From sequence record MZ189262.1: a stretch of DNA of 64,000 nucleotides. The stretch is one strand, 5' to 3'. The stretch comes from Escherichia phage W143. The position numbers were made by a program, and so were the translations under genes. The notes below the pieces were generated by a model that saw nothing but the letters and a program-made list of their open reading frames with translations, was not told the origin of the DNA and searched no databases. Shown in pieces: positions 1 through 10,418 of this stretch. Position 1 is the stretch's first letter. Every line of letters starts with the position of its first letter.

Positions 1-2178
1 TTAGGCCGCAAGGGCCTTCATAGTTTTAGCGATTTGGGAAACTTCATCATCACTTAAAGAGTTGCGATAACCGATGAAATCGGAAACAATACGGAATTTC
101 TTGGTAAACTCAGCAACCATTTTATCACTGTTTTTTGAAGCATTATTTGATAATACATCAAAAAGATTAGTTACTGTCCAGATGTCATGACCGATGGTAC
201 CTTTTCCACCGTTGAAATATATACCCTGCAATGAACTAACCATATTACCAAGGCGAGTATATTCTTCGGAAACTTCATCTACACTGAAGTACTTCATCAT
301 AAAATCTAACTCAGGATACTTGATAATTTTATCAATATATCGTTTAGCTGAACTTGAATAACCTACATACTTATCATAATCTACATCATCAAAAGCATCT
401 ACATATAAATCACGCAAAGTTTCAAAAATACATTGACACTGACCGAGTTCTTTTACCTTTTTCTGTAAAAGTGGACGAATAACATAAAATTCATTAATGC
501 CAATAAGATTAGCCATACGAATCAAAATATTCGTAGATGGATGACAAAGCGATGTAGTACCATCCATAGAGAAAATATCAGAACGATGCATGTATGCTAC
601 ATAACCAGTAATTTCATCTGCTTCTGATGTGAGCGTAAACAGTTCCTCTTTTTCCCAGCGCCCGTCTTTAATTTCAAACTTAAATGCAGTAGCAGTTTTA
701 GGACGAGGAGCTGTACTTTTTACTACCTTTGGAATATAACTTTTAACTAAAGCTTCGATTTCTGACAAATAATGAATGTTAACTTCATCACTTTCAAACA
801 TTGCCATAATATCAGGAAGCAAATCAATCTGCGATTCTACTTCTGGATTAATAAACAGAAGCCGCTCATTGTGATGAATATTTAAGGTGTTATTAAATTC
901 GCTATCATCTAATGCACGTGCTAATCCACGGACAATATTAACACGATTTTTAGTATTATCAATAACAATATTAATTTTTGTCGTATTAATACCAAACAGA
1001 CGATAACTTGATGCAACGGCTGAAGTTTCATGACTTTGCTTAATGCGTTTTAGTCGAGGGTCAAGATTTACTTCATACACAACCCCTGCATTGCATAACT
1101 TACTGTCAGGTTCAAACATGCTTTGCATCTTCTTATATGACAGATTTTTAGTCGTGAATTTGACCGAATTACTAATCATATAATCTCGAGCAGAATATCC
1201 CATCTTCATCAATTCACGGTATGTATGACGAGGAGATGTAGATTCTTTAAATCGTTTTACATCTTCATTAAATGCCTTCTCACTGAGCTCTTTAACACGC
1301 TCAATAATATTTTTACGAGTACGATCATCTAGTGAAAGAGCCTCACGCGATGGAGCAATATCAAGTGAACCCATTGGAAACTTAATATAATTCACTTCAT
1401 TGCGGATGCTTAACCAGTTACGGTCTCTAATAACACCATCAATAGGATAAACAATACCACCATAGATAGCATACAATCCACCACGATCTGGCCAGTATCT
1501 TTCTGGATTTACGCCGTAATAATCATCAAAATCCGGAAAATAATCAATTTCGCGGTCAAGACCATTAATGATAGCCAAATCTTTGAACGGTCGCATGATA
1601 TAAGAAACTTCATAAGCAAAGTTTCTAAAGTCTTTTTCTTCAACTGGAACTACGATTTCAATACCAGTTTTATCATCTGGACCCATTTCTTTTACGAATG
1701 TAGGTTTAATTTGTGGACCATCGCCATCCATGTAAGCTACATAACCACGAATTTCGCCTTTATGATATGAAGTAATACTAAATGTATCAGTATAACTAAA
1801 CGGAGATTTAGAACCTAAACCAAATCCACCAATGAAATCGTTAGATTCAGCCTTAGATGAACTGAAGTATGAATTATACAACCCAGGAGAATTATCATCA
1901 CCCTGAATATCAAAATCGCTCATACCCGGACCAAAATCTCGACACACAAATCGCGGATCTAATCGTCCTGGAACTTGAATGATAAATTTTTCAGGATTTC
2001 CATTGAGAGCATGGGCATCAATCATGTTGGTAATCAATTCACGAACTACTGCGCGAATCTTGTTTGTATACAAATCAGATGACAGAATTTTGAATACTTT
2101 AGGAGATGCTGTGATGCTAAATGCTTTTGATTTAGAACCATTACCAAGAATTGTTTCTTTTTCAGTGGTGATAATCAT
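1..2178 (-). CDS. rIIA: rIIA protein (rapid-lysis / exclusion-sensitivity locus)
   Basis: 725-aa ORF; length, position at window start and N-terminal ATPase-like motifs fit T-even rIIA; window begins at its stop codon. Confidence 0.9.
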   Translation of the reverse strand: MIITTEKETILGNGSKSKAFSITASPKVFKILSSDLYTNKIRAVVRELITNMIDAHALNGNPEKFIIQVPGRLDPRFVCRDFGPGMSDFDIQGDDNSPGLYNSYFSSSKAESNDFIGGFGLGSKSPFSYTDTFSITSYHKGEIRGYVAYMDGDGPQIKPTFVKEMGPDDKTGIEIVVPVEEKDFRNFAYEVSYIMRPFKDLAIINGLDREIDYFPDFDDYYGVNPERYWPDRGGLYAIYGGIVYPIDGVIRDRNWLSIRNEVNYIKFPMGSLDIAPSREALSLDDRTRKNIIERVKELSEKAFNEDVKRFKESTSPRHTYRELMKMGYSARDYMISNSVKFTTKNLSYKKMQSMFEPDSKLCNAGVVYEVNLDPRLKRIKQSHETSAVASSYRLFGINTTKINIVIDNTKNRVNIVRGLARALDDSEFNNTLNIHHNERLLFINPEVESQIDLLPDIMAMFESDEVNIHYLSEIEALVKSYIPKVVKSTAPRPKTATAFKFEIKDGRWEKEELFTLTSEADEITGYVAYMHRSDIFSMDGTTSLCHPSTNILIRMANLIGINEFYVIRPLLQKKVKELGQCQCIFETLRDLYVDAFDDVDYDKYVGYSSSAKRYIDKIIKYPELDFMMKYFSVDEVSEEYTRLGNMVSSLQGIYFNGGKGTIGHDIWTVTNLFDVLSNNASKNSDKMVAEFTKKFRIVSDFIGYRNSLSDDEVSQIAKTMKALAA

Positions 2179-2188
2179 AATTTCCTCA

Positions 2189-2392
2189 TTAATTCATATT
2201 GCGTTTAATAACTTCAGCAACTTCTAGTAGTTCATCTTTAGTTGCGGTGTCGGATTGAATTTTATCTCTAATATTCTTAAAGCGGTTTTTAAACTCTTCG
2301 GCTTCTCCCATATCGAAAAAGCGTTGAATGATTCTATATTCTCGATGAACTGCTTTATCAAAAAGTTCTAAATTTACTTTATATGATTTCAT
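2189..2392 (-). CDS. rIIA.1: small protein at the rIIA.1 position
   Basis: 67-aa ORF directly upstream of rIIA and downstream of an early promoter. Confidence 0.55.
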   Translation of the reverse strand: MKSYKVNLELFDKAVHREYRIIQRFFDMGEAEEFKNRFKNIRDKIQSDTATKDELLEVAEVIKRNMN

Positions 2393-2417
2393 TTCAATAT
2401 CCTCATTTGCCCAATTA

Positions 2418-2447
2418 ATTATACCACATCCTTGTGGTAAAGTAAAC
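2418..2447 (-). promoter_or_regulatory. T4-type early promoter (GTTTAC, 18 bp, TATAAT)
   Basis: minus-strand GTTTAC at 2447-2442 and TATAAT at 2423-2418, upstream of rIIA.1/rIIA. Confidence 0.7.
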
Positions 2448-4264
2448 TACTGGCTCATCCATTCTTTACGAAGGTCAGCATTATCTCCCATGAGCATTTC
2501 AAAAAGCTCTTTCCAATTCTCAGGAAGTTTAACAACATCATATACTGGATTTTGAATCATCTCACGATATTCAGATTTTTCCAAAGAGCCAAGTCCCTTA
2601 ATATAACGGATGCTATGTTTAGGTAGAGCATCTTTAGCACTCTCATATTCAGCGACTGTATAAAACCATTCTTGTTTTTTACCGACCTGAGCGATGATTA
2701 CAGGAGTTTTGACAAAGCGAATTCTTCCTTGTTCAAACAGTTCTGGCCAATTACTAAAAAATCCGAGCAGAGAAGGATAAATGCTTCCTAGACCATCGTG
2801 GTCAGCATCGGTCATAATAGCAATATTATGATAATTCAAGTTTTCGGCTTTTTCACCAAGAACTAATCCAGTGATTGCGCAAATATCAAACAGTTCTTTG
2901 TTTTTAAGCATATCAGCATATGACATACCCCAACTGTTGAGAACTTTACCACGCAATGGATAACCGCCATGAAGTTCTTTATCACGAACATCAATAAGAT
3001 ATCCGATAGCAGAATCACCCTCAGTCAAGAAAAGAGTAGTATCAGCATCTTTACCACAAAGATTCGCTTTGATATGTTTATGAACCTTAGCTTTAGAGGC
3101 CTTTTTAGCTGCTTTAGTTTCTGCTGCTTTTTCTGCCGCCAATTTACGAGCCAAGGCAGCTTCAATAATTGGCATTAAAATTGCTTCATTATTTAAAATA
3201 GCACGTGAAATCTTTTTAGCATCAAGCTGAATATGACTACGGATTTCACCAAATGGAGAAGTCAGACGCTCTTTAGTTTGAGAGTCAAATCGCATGTTTT
3301 TCATATCACGAACAAACATAACGATAGTCAAACATTCTTTAACACGTGCTTTAGTTACGTCAATTTTAAATTTACGTTTGATTTGTGGAATAAGGTCTTC
3401 ACAAATATCATCCATAACACAGTCAATGTGATGGCCACCATTCTTAGTATGAATGTTATTGACGTATGTTAATTGACGAAAACCATCCGGTGAACGACCA
3501 ACCGCAATAGAACAGTTTTCTTGTTCTTGAACGATAGCATGCTCATCATATTGGCGTGCGTATTTCTTAAAATTACCCTGAACCTTTTTACCATTAAAGG
3601 TAAATTGAATATCAGGATAAACTACTGCAAGTGTCTGAAGACGATCTAGCGTAATGTCAAGATAAACTTGAGATAGCTCATTAGTTTCAAATGACATAAA
3701 ATCAGGAATGAAAGTAACGCGAGTTCCTTTCCATTTTCCAGGAATATCTTCCCACGATTTATTTTCCATGCCATTTGAACAACGAACTACAATATTATTT
3801 TGACCGTCGCCAGTTTCACCGACAAACATCACAGAAAAAATATTAGTTAAACTAGAACCAACACCGTTCATACCACCGGTGACGCGTTCTTTATCATCAC
3901 CAAAGTTACCACCTGCTTTTGGAATAGTCCAGGCAGCAACTGGACCAGGAATTTCTTCACCAGTAGGTGTTTTAACCATCGCTTGTGGAATACCACGACC
4001 GTTATCTTCAACTGTTACTTGATTGTTTTTAATAGTAACATTAATTTTATTCGCGAATTTAAACTTAGTACGAATACCTTCATCTACTGAGTTATCGATA
4101 ATTTCATCAATAAGCTTAACAAGACCAGGTACATACTGAACACTTTCCCATTTACCAAACAGAAAGCGCTCATGCATTTCATTAGCAGAAGAGCCAATAT
4201 ACATGCCGCTACGCTTTTTGATATGTTCAATATCGCTCAGAATTTTAATTTCATTCTTAATCAT
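2447..4264 (-). CDS. 39: DNA topoisomerase II large subunit, uninterrupted (covers what is split into genes 39 and 60 in T4)
   Basis: 605-aa ORF with GyrB-type ATPase motifs (EDNGRGIP, GGxNGVGSS) and toprim-like C-terminal part; no gene-60-type interruption. Confidence 0.9.
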   Translation of the reverse strand: MIKNEIKILSDIEHIKKRSGMYIGSSANEMHERFLFGKWESVQYVPGLVKLIDEIIDNSVDEGIRTKFKFANKINVTIKNNQVTVEDNGRGIPQAMVKTPTGEEIPGPVAAWTIPKAGGNFGDDKERVTGGMNGVGSSLTNIFSVMFVGETGDGQNNIVVRCSNGMENKSWEDIPGKWKGTRVTFIPDFMSFETNELSQVYLDITLDRLQTLAVVYPDIQFTFNGKKVQGNFKKYARQYDEHAIVQEQENCSIAVGRSPDGFRQLTYVNNIHTKNGGHHIDCVMDDICEDLIPQIKRKFKIDVTKARVKECLTIVMFVRDMKNMRFDSQTKERLTSPFGEIRSHIQLDAKKISRAILNNEAILMPIIEAALARKLAAEKAAETKAAKKASKAKVHKHIKANLCGKDADTTLFLTEGDSAIGYLIDVRDKELHGGYPLRGKVLNSWGMSYADMLKNKELFDICAITGLVLGEKAENLNYHNIAIMTDADHDGLGSIYPSLLGFFSNWPELFEQGRIRFVKTPVIIAQVGKKQEWFYTVAEYESAKDALPKHSIRYIKGLGSLEKSEYREMIQNPVYDVVKLPENWKELFEMLMGDNADLRKEWMSQ

Positions 4265-4291
4265 CACTTATCCTCGTTTGGTTTCGGGAAT

Positions 4292-4316
4292 ATTATACTC
4301 CGGTAATCATAAAGCT
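4292..4316 (-). promoter_or_regulatory. middle-promoter-like element (MotA-box variant AGCTTTA, 12 bp, TATAAT)
   Basis: minus-strand AGCTTTA then TATAAT upstream of gene 39; same module as at 33166-33190. Confidence 0.35.
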
Positions 4317-4334
4317 AAAGGCCCGAAGGCCTTT
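4317..4334 (-). other. RNA hairpin, 7-bp GC stem with UUCG tetraloop on the transcript
   Basis: AAAGGCC-CGAA-GGCCTTT palindrome between upstream ORF stop and gene 39 start. Confidence 0.6.
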
Positions 4335-4606
4335 TATTTAAAACGGATAGTCGAATCCTTGAAGAATAGACCAGAACATACTGTTCCTTCTACTTTCTGC
4401 CCGGTAGGTCCAATAGCACGAAATCCAGTATGCTGGAAATCATTTTCAGAGCAACCGAACCAATTATATCCAGTGATTTCAATATTAGTAAAACCACTTG
4501 AAGACAAAACTTTGGTTGCATTATCAACATCAGTACATCCTACTAAAGATACTGCTAATACTAATGCTGCGATAGAACGATTAACATATTTCATAATTTC
4601 ACTCAA
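4334..4606 (-). CDS. putative lipoprotein
   Basis: 90-aa ORF; N-terminal signal peptide ending in lipobox LVGC. Confidence 0.55.
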   Translation of the reverse strand: MSEIMKYVNRSIAALVLAVSLVGCTDVDNATKVLSSSGFTNIEITGYNWFGCSENDFQHTGFRAIGPTGQKVEGTVCSGLFFKDSTIRFK

Positions 4607-4970
4607 ATTTAATGGCTTGAAGAAGACTAATAATTCTCAAGCGGCTTCTTTCATCTTTAACTGTAAAAGAAAGAGGGTCGCCAGATTTCATAGTGATAGT
4701 GCATTCAAAATCAAAATCTTCAGGAACTTCTTCGAAGAAGTCAAATTCTTCATCATAAATTAGAACATTACTCTGAAAACTATGAAGAATTTTTCCATCA
4801 TTTCCAGATGCTGTACTAATCATTGTAACATTATGGCCTTTCATATCTTCAACGATAAATTCACTTGTAGATATTACGGCATTAATAGAACCATTCCTAT
4901 AAATAGAAGAAAGTAGATATTTCTTTTCTTCACCTTCGCGAACACGATATTTCTTACCAATTTTAAACAT
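4599..4970 (-). CDS. hypothetical protein
   Basis: 123-aa ORF in the 39.x/goF region; no motif recognised. Confidence 0.5.
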   Translation of the reverse strand: MFKIGKKYRVREGEEKKYLLSSIYRNGSINAVISTSEFIVEDMKGHNVTMISTASGNDGKILHSFQSNVLIYDEEFDFFEEVPEDFDFECTITMKSGDPLSFTVKDERSRLRIISLLQAIKFE

Positions 4971-4972
4971 AA

Positions 4973-5149
4973 TTACCCTTTAAGTAAGTCGTAAAATCCA
5001 CCATTCACATGCTTAGGAGCAGAAGGCCGACGAGTAGACAAACGATGACATTTAGGGCAAACATCATTTTCTCGTTCAGAAATCTTTTTAATTTTTTCAT
5101 ATTCATGCCCGCAATCTTCGGATTGGCATTTATAATCATACATTGGCAT
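4973..5149 (-). CDS. small zinc-ribbon protein
   Basis: 58-aa ORF read from reverse complement (MPMYDYKCQSEDCGHEYEK...CPKCHR), two CxxC pairs; below the track length cutoff. Confidence 0.45.
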   Translation of the reverse strand: MPMYDYKCQSEDCGHEYEKIKKISERENDVCPKCHRLSTRRPSAPKHVNGGFYDLLKG

Positions 5150-5151
5150 AA

Positions 5152-5571
5152 TTATTCCTTAAAGTGTGCTTTCAACATCTGATACAAGGACCATGCTTGT
5201 TCATTATTTTCAATAGTAACTTTCATTACCGGGAATTCTGTGAAATCTTCTATTTGTTCTTGCTCTTCCTGCTCTTGTTCTTCAGCTGCCTGGTATGGAT
5301 TTTCAACTTCATCAAAGAACCCAGCTTCACTTTTTGAAAGCCAAATAAAGTCTTCATCCAAAACATCTTTATCAGGAGATAGTACTAAATTTCCAGTAGA
5401 TGACAAAATTTTAATAGGACGCCCAAGAGCGTCCACATCTAAAATTTTAAAAGGATACATACCTAAACGGCGCGCATAAATTCCGTTATTAATATGGTCT
5501 TTAATAAAATTTTCTTGAGCTTGTTTATTTTTAAATTGATACCATTTATTAACTTCAAATCTAATAGCCAT
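5152..5571 (-). CDS. hypothetical acidic protein (goF position)
   Basis: 139-aa ORF with [10 protein letters not shown] tract; size and position resemble T4 goF but not verified. Confidence 0.5.
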   Translation of the reverse strand: MAIRFEVNKWYQFKNKQAQENFIKDHINNGIYARRLGMYPFKILDVDALGRPIKILSSTGNLVLSPDKDVLDEDFIWLSKSEAGFFDEVENPYQAAEEQEQEEQEQIEDFTEFPVMKVTIENNEQAWSLYQMLKAHFKE

Positions 5572-5786
5572 TAATAAATTTCCTTCCAGTAAGTTGTACC
5601 GTCTTCAGTGATTTCACGGAATACACCATAAATCGGTTGTTTATCACCAACCTTTTCATACACATAAACCGAAGTCAAGTGAGTAAACTTAATGGTGTGT
5701 TCCTTTTGAACCACTACCAAATCTGGATCGAATAATACATCTTCAAATTCGTCATTAGTGCATTTCTGAACAGTTTTACGTTTCAT
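5571..5786 (-). CDS. hypothetical protein (cef position)
   Basis: 71-aa ORF, start overlapping the downstream gene. Confidence 0.5.
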   Translation of the reverse strand: MKRKTVQKCTNDEFEDVLFDPDLVVVQKEHTIKFTHLTSVYVYEKVGDKQPIYGVFREITEDGTTYWKEIY

Positions 5787-5799
5787 TACAATTTCCTCA

Positions 5800-6081
5800 T
5801 TAATTGAACAGTGGAGCGATGCGTTTCAGAAGAGTAGCAGCACCTTTGGCAAATTTTACATCATGAAAAACAGTTTCTTCTTCCGTTACAACACGAACTT
5901 TAATGTTTTCACAATCCCAATTTTTGCGAACAATCTTCAAAAGCTGCAGTAAATCTTTACATTCAGCAATATCGATAACACATCCACGAGAATCTTCCAT
6001 TATCGCACGATAACCATAAGCCATACCATAATCGTTGAAAGATTGTTCGATGATAATTAAGTTTTCCATTTTATTCTCCAA
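5800..6081 (-). CDS. hypothetical protein
   Basis: 93-aa ORF. Confidence 0.5.
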   Translation of the reverse strand: MENKMENLIIIEQSFNDYGMAYGYRAIMEDSRGCVIDIAECKDLLQLLKIVRKNWDCENIKVRVVTEEETVFHDVKFAKGAATLLKRIAPLFN

Positions 6082-6166
6082 GTTGTTTTCTGTATCAGTA
6101 GTTGATATTGATATAGTACCATAATCAACTACTGATGTATATAGTTTTATGAAAAAATTTTAAATT

Positions 6167-6664
6167 TTATGCACAGCGAGCTTTGCTATAGTGTTTAATC
6201 CAACTTTCAGGAATGACTTTGTATGTTCCTAAAAATACCGCGTTGTACAACTTAACGCCATCTTCTACCCATTGATCGGTAATGTATGCACACATAGCAC
6301 GAGTACGATGTTTTTGAACAACCCCTTCCTCATCTTCGGTAAATTCGAATTCATAAGGAGCAATGAACTTAATAGCCTGACCGAGTTTCCACTTAAAGTC
6401 TACACCTACATGTGAAGTATCAATCGTTTCAATTCCTTTAGCAGGAACAGCTTTCAAAAACGCAGATTCAAGAAATTTCGCACGAACATAGCCAAACTGA
6501 GGTTTAGACTTTCCATCTTTAGGAATGATACGCACTTTTACTTCAGAATCTTCGTCTTTAACGCCATGTTTAAGCTGAATGCTTACAATTTCGACCAATT
6601 TTCCTGCTGCTTTAGAACGGGATTTATCAGATACACGAGCAATTTCACCAATATTAATAATCAT
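6167..6664 (-). CDS. motB: MotB-like protein
   Basis: 165-aa ORF at the motB position; C-terminal TDQWxEDGV motif shared with the neighbouring paralog. Confidence 0.55.
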   Translation of the reverse strand: MIINIGEIARVSDKSRSKAAGKLVEIVSIQLKHGVKDEDSEVKVRIIPKDGKSKPQFGYVRAKFLESAFLKAVPAKGIETIDTSHVGVDFKWKLGQAIKFIAPYEFEFTEDEEGVVQKHRTRAMCAYITDQWVEDGVKLYNAVFLGTYKVIPESWIKHYSKARCA

Positions 6665-6708
6665 AGTTATCTCTCACTTGTTAAAAAGATTTTATACTCC
6701 ACAGGACC

Positions 6709-6738
6709 ATTATACTCTGGTCCCAAGAGTTTGTAAAC
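6709..6738 (-). promoter_or_regulatory. T4-type early promoter
   Basis: minus-strand GTTTAC 6738-6733, 18 bp, TATAAT 6714-6709. Confidence 0.7.
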
Positions 6739-6740
6739 TA

Positions 6741-7280
6741 TTAATTCAAAATAGCTACCACTGCACTACGAGGTACTACGCTAAAATCACCTGCATGAAC
6801 AACGTTCAGAAGTTCAACGCCATCTTCAATCCATTGGTCTGTTACCCAACCACAGACCGAAATAAATGGAGTCTTGATAGCTACCGCACGAGTTAGAAGG
6901 TCAGTAGGATCGCATTCTTGAAAGAGGATAAGCTCTGCTTCAAAGACTATAGTTTTAATTACTTCATCATTATCTAAGCGATGTGCTCGAATCACATAAG
7001 CTTTATTCTTATCATGCCAATTACTTTTTGAAAAACTTTTAACCACGAACTCGCCTTCACCAAAAACGCTAGTCAATGCTTTATAACCCAAATCTAGTTC
7101 AGTAGTTTTAATTTCAGGTTCAACTAGTTTGTAGGTTTTGCCGATTTCAATAGCGGTAGTCATAGTAGGTTCCTTAATTTCCAGCGGTTTAACAGGGCAT
7201 ACATAAGTGCTTACAACATCAAAATCAATCAGTTTAGCTACCGGATTTGGTGTGTATTCAGGATTATAATTAAATTTCAT
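6741..7280 (-). CDS. MotB paralog
   Basis: 179-aa ORF; C-terminal block (GWVTDQWIEDGVELLNVV) paralogous to 6167-6664. Confidence 0.55.
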   Translation of the reverse strand: MKFNYNPEYTPNPVAKLIDFDVVSTYVCPVKPLEIKEPTMTTAIEIGKTYKLVEPEIKTTELDLGYKALTSVFGEGEFVVKSFSKSNWHDKNKAYVIRAHRLDNDEVIKTIVFEAELILFQECDPTDLLTRAVAIKTPFISVCGWVTDQWIEDGVELLNVVHAGDFSVVPRSAVVAILN

Positions 7281-7282
7281 AA

Positions 7283-7783
7283 TTATCTCATTTCAATAAA
7301 ATCTACGAGTTCAGCATGGGATTTGCGGAACATTACTTGGTGTCCGCCAATGATAACTTCATCTTCAGGAACTTCGTATACAGCAAGATAAAATCCTTTA
7401 GAAGATAATTCTTCCCGCTCTTCTCGTGTGAACCATCTCATCATATCATATTCACTAGCGAAAGCAAAATGATAAAGAGCTATAAACCATCCTGGAATAT
7501 GATATTCTACTCCAACATAATCTTTCTTGAACTTAGTATTAATTACTATATTAGCGTTTTTAACTAATAGTTTATCTTCATGTGGTAAAGGAATTCTTTT
7601 ATTATTATCGCTATGATGCATAAAATTAGGTCTGTCATAACCTACGTGTAATAGCCACTCTTCACTCCATGAATCTATTATACTCCTGTACGGCGTTATT
7701 TGAACACAAAGATTTCGACGTATTGTTATAGCATCTTCATAATCAAGAATACTAAACGATGATTCAACACGATAAATTTTCAT
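7283..7783 (-). CDS. hypothetical protein
   Basis: track ORF trimmed to the ATG at 7783 (MKIYRVESS) preceded by GAGGATAAT; longer track start lies inside the promoter. Confidence 0.5.
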   Translation of the reverse strand: MKIYRVESSFSILDYEDAITIRRNLCVQITPYRSIIDSWSEEWLLHVGYDRPNFMHHSDNNKRIPLPHEDKLLVKNANIVINTKFKKDYVGVEYHIPGWFIALYHFAFASEYDMMRWFTREEREELSSKGFYLAVYEVPEDEVIIGGHQVMFRKSHAELVDFIEMR

Positions 7784-7810
7784 TTTATTATCCTCAGTAG
7801 CTATGGTGTT

Positions 7811-7840
7811 ATAATACCACAACTAACCGAGGAAGTAAAC
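7811..7840 (-). promoter_or_regulatory. T4-type early promoter
   Basis: GTTTAC 7840-7835, 18 bp, TATTAT 7816-7811. Confidence 0.6.
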
Positions 7841-7846
7841 AACTTT

Positions 7847-8530
7847 TTATCGTTTTGTTGGAAGAGACAGAGGATCGCACTCTTCCTCTGATGGAGCATC
7901 TTCAAGACCCATAGCATATCGCAAAGCATACTTCATCATCAGGATGTCTTTCGCACAGTCATGAATAGAATCATGTGCAACGAATCCATCTAAAGTTCCC
8001 TTTGGAAGAGGACACGTGGTCATATCACGAACAAGGAGAAGTGCTTCAATTCTGGTACGAATATCACGCTGATTCCAGAATTTACATGGTTCTAACTTAA
8101 ATGTGTCAAGTTCATTCTCAGAAACGCCATTAAGACGTTGAATATCACGAATGAGATCGACTAAAATTGGAAAATCAAACGACATTCCACGGCACCAGCC
8201 TTGAGATTTCCAAGGATCGATGTTATGTGCATTGATGTAATCATTAAATTTTACAATACCATCGATAGTGCTTACATCTTCATCTGACGGTGCAATATTT
8301 TTTCGAGCTTCAGGAGACTGATTTTTCCACCATTCGATAGTGCTTTTAGTAAAAAGACGATGTCCTTTTTGGCTTTTTAAATCAAATTTGATTTTAATGC
8401 CGCGTGAAACTAATTCATCAAATGATTCAACTACTTCTGGATTAGGGTCAAAGGCAATAACAGCCAAATCAATAACAGCTGCTTTTTCACCGCTTCCCAT
8501 TGTTTCAAAATCTATAATAAAATCAAACAT
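7847..8530 (-). CDS. dexA: exonuclease A (DEDDh 3'-5' exonuclease)
   Basis: start set at MFDFIIDFETMG (Exo I motif D-x-E); about 227 aa as in T4 DexA. Confidence 0.85.
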   Translation of the reverse strand: MFDFIIDFETMGSGEKAAVIDLAVIAFDPNPEVVESFDELVSRGIKIKFDLKSQKGHRLFTKSTIEWWKNQSPEARKNIAPSDEDVSTIDGIVKFNDYINAHNIDPWKSQGWCRGMSFDFPILVDLIRDIQRLNGVSENELDTFKLEPCKFWNQRDIRTRIEALLLVRDMTTCPLPKGTLDGFVAHDSIHDCAKDILMMKYALRYAMGLEDAPSEEECDPLSLPTKR

Positions 8531-8783
8531 TAATAATCGCCTTATAAAGATGACTAATTTCACCTAAAATATAATCACTGATTGTAACAGTTTTCACTCT
8601 ACCACAAAAGAATTCTAGCGCAGTCAAATCTCGTTCAATTTCTTCCAATTGAAGCATTAACTTACTAGACTCAATTTTCGCAGTTTCATAATTTTTACTA
8701 TAAGATATTTCATAAATTTCGCTTACTTTATCTTGAAGCAGATAAAACTGGTCTTTAGTTATTTCCACGAATAGCTTCCTCAA
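8523..8783 (-). CDS. hypothetical protein
   Basis: 86-aa ORF between dexA and dda. Confidence 0.5.
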   Translation of the reverse strand: MRKLFVEITKDQFYLLQDKVSEIYEISYSKNYETAKIESSKLMLQLEEIERDLTALEFFCGRVKTVTISDYILGEISHLYKAIINV

Positions 8784-8789
8784 ATTTAA

Positions 8790-10109
8790 TCATACATAAA
8801 ACACATCATAACGACCACGTGTTACACCAACATAAAGAAGCTGCTGAGCTAGTTCAGCATCTGCATAATGAATACAAGGCGTATAGATGAAAGCACGGTC
8901 CACAGACATACCCTGAGCTTTATGGAATGTTGATGCAGGAAGTGCTTTCACTTTACTAAATTGTGATTTAGCATCCCAAAAATCACTCCATGGAGCTTTT
9001 CCACCTTTATTCCAATTTTTATAAGTTTCTGCAGTTTTACCTAAAAATAAGTTAAACTTATACAGCTCTTCATCAGATGAAATTATTTTAATCTTTTCGC
9101 GATAATATTCATCATCGCCGTAAGTTTCTACTGTTAAATCCCAATGACGAATTAGATATTCTCCAGAAACACCACGAGCTTTAACAAATGTTGATGTATA
9201 CTCTGCTTCTATAATACGAACTAATTGTCCATTATTGAAAATAATTTCTGACACAGGCTTTCCATCAATTTTATATGTTTTAATTAATGGTTCCTGCATT
9301 ACAATAATTTCACCGACAATAAAATCTTTATCAGTTTCAAAAATCTTTTTGCGAATAATGCTATTTAACTTATCAACAGATTTATTCGTAAATGCCATTA
9401 CACGATTTTCAAACAAATCATCTAGCGATTTGACGATTGAAAAATAATTTACCATAAAATCGCGTAAAGCGGTATCACCAGTAAATCCACGTACTCCATG
9501 CCCGTCAACAACTTTATCATAAATCCACTTACCGTTGCGAACATCAGTAGCTACATCAATAATAGGAGCATTACTGCGTTTAACTTCAGTGAGTTCACAC
9601 TGATAAAAATCTTTGTGTGTAAAGAATGGACTGATATAAGCAGTGTTTTCTCCTGGGTCAACAGGTCTAATTTGCTTATTATCGCCTATTCCAATTATAG
9701 TGCACCATGGCGGGATAGTTGAAAGCAAAATTTTAAATAGCTTTCTATCATACATTGACACTTCGTCGCAGATTAGTACTCTGCATTTAGCTAAATCTGG
9801 TACTTCTTTTTGTTCAAAAAGAACGTTTTCTTCATATGTTACTGGGTTAATTTTGAGAATACTGTGAATAGTACTCGCTTCTTTCCCTGACAGTTTTGAA
9901 AGAATCTTTTTAGCTGCATGTGTAGGAGCTGCTAAAATAATGCCAGTTTCGCCCGTAGATATTAAGGCTTCAATGATGAACTTAGTAAGAGTAGTCTTAC
10001 CAGTACCAGCAGGTCCATTAATAGTTACATGATGTTTCTTTTCTTTAATAGCCCTCATAACGATGTTAAAGGCATTTTTCTGGCCTTCTGTCAAATCATC
10101 AAATGTCAT
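8790..10109 (-). CDS. dda: Dda DNA helicase (SF1B)
   Basis: 439-aa ORF; Walker A GPAGTGKTT, Walker B LICDEVSM. Confidence 0.9.
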   Translation of the reverse strand: MTFDDLTEGQKNAFNIVMRAIKEKKHHVTINGPAGTGKTTLTKFIIEALISTGETGIILAAPTHAAKKILSKLSGKEASTIHSILKINPVTYEENVLFEQKEVPDLAKCRVLICDEVSMYDRKLFKILLSTIPPWCTIIGIGDNKQIRPVDPGENTAYISPFFTHKDFYQCELTEVKRSNAPIIDVATDVRNGKWIYDKVVDGHGVRGFTGDTALRDFMVNYFSIVKSLDDLFENRVMAFTNKSVDKLNSIIRKKIFETDKDFIVGEIIVMQEPLIKTYKIDGKPVSEIIFNNGQLVRIIEAEYTSTFVKARGVSGEYLIRHWDLTVETYGDDEYYREKIKIISSDEELYKFNLFLGKTAETYKNWNKGGKAPWSDFWDAKSQFSKVKALPASTFHKAQGMSVDRAFIYTPCIHYADAELAQQLLYVGVTRGRYDVFYV

Positions 10110-10417
10110 CGTAAATTCCCTGCAATTGGTATACTAACAATACGCCCAGTATCTAAAATTCGCCGATATAATCTTTGCGTGTCTACATCAGGCTTAACAT
10201 GTTTAACTTCTATTTTATTAAACCAAAACTTGCGTGGAGTCTCAACTAATCTCGGAATTCCCATACCTAAAGCTAGTCGATACTGCTCTTTAAGAGTTGT
10301 AAATACTTTATCAGCAATCTCCCTTTCAAAAAATACAGCAGGACGATGTTCATCAAGAGGAACAGGCACCGCAAATCCATCTTTATCTCTATACACTATC
10401 GCATATACATGAAACAT
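10106..10417 (-). CDS. hypothetical protein (dda.1 position)
   Basis: 103-aa ORF, start overlapping dda. Confidence 0.55.
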   Translation of the reverse strand: MFHVYAIVYRDKDGFAVPVPLDEHRPAVFFEREIADKVFTTLKEQYRLALGMGIPRLVETPRKFWFNKIEVKHVKPDVDTQRLYRRILDTGRIVSIPIAGNLR

Positions 10418-10418
10418 A

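Noticed and set aside
2189-4267. Gene 60 with its translational bypass element, or group I introns
   Set aside because: Gene 39 and nrdD are single continuous ORFs of the expected fused lengths; no untranslated insertion or endonuclease ORF interrupts them.
1979-4763. Plus-strand ORFs of 60-190 aa in the track (for example 1979-2227, 2969-3178, 3233-3472, 4203-4763)
   Set aside because: They lie antisense within well-supported minus-strand genes (rIIA, gene 39), lack ribosome-binding sites and have low-complexity composition; treated as shadow ORFs. The same applies to most other plus-strand track ORFs inside genes 43, 46, nrdD and others.
6094-6134. 13-bp perfect inverted repeat (ATCAGTAGTTGAT ... 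ATCAACTACTGAT) upstream of the 93-aa ORF, considered as a promoter
   Set aside because: It contains a TACTAT-like element but no GTTTAC or MotA box at the correct spacing; it may be an operator or RNA structure but I could not support a promoter call.
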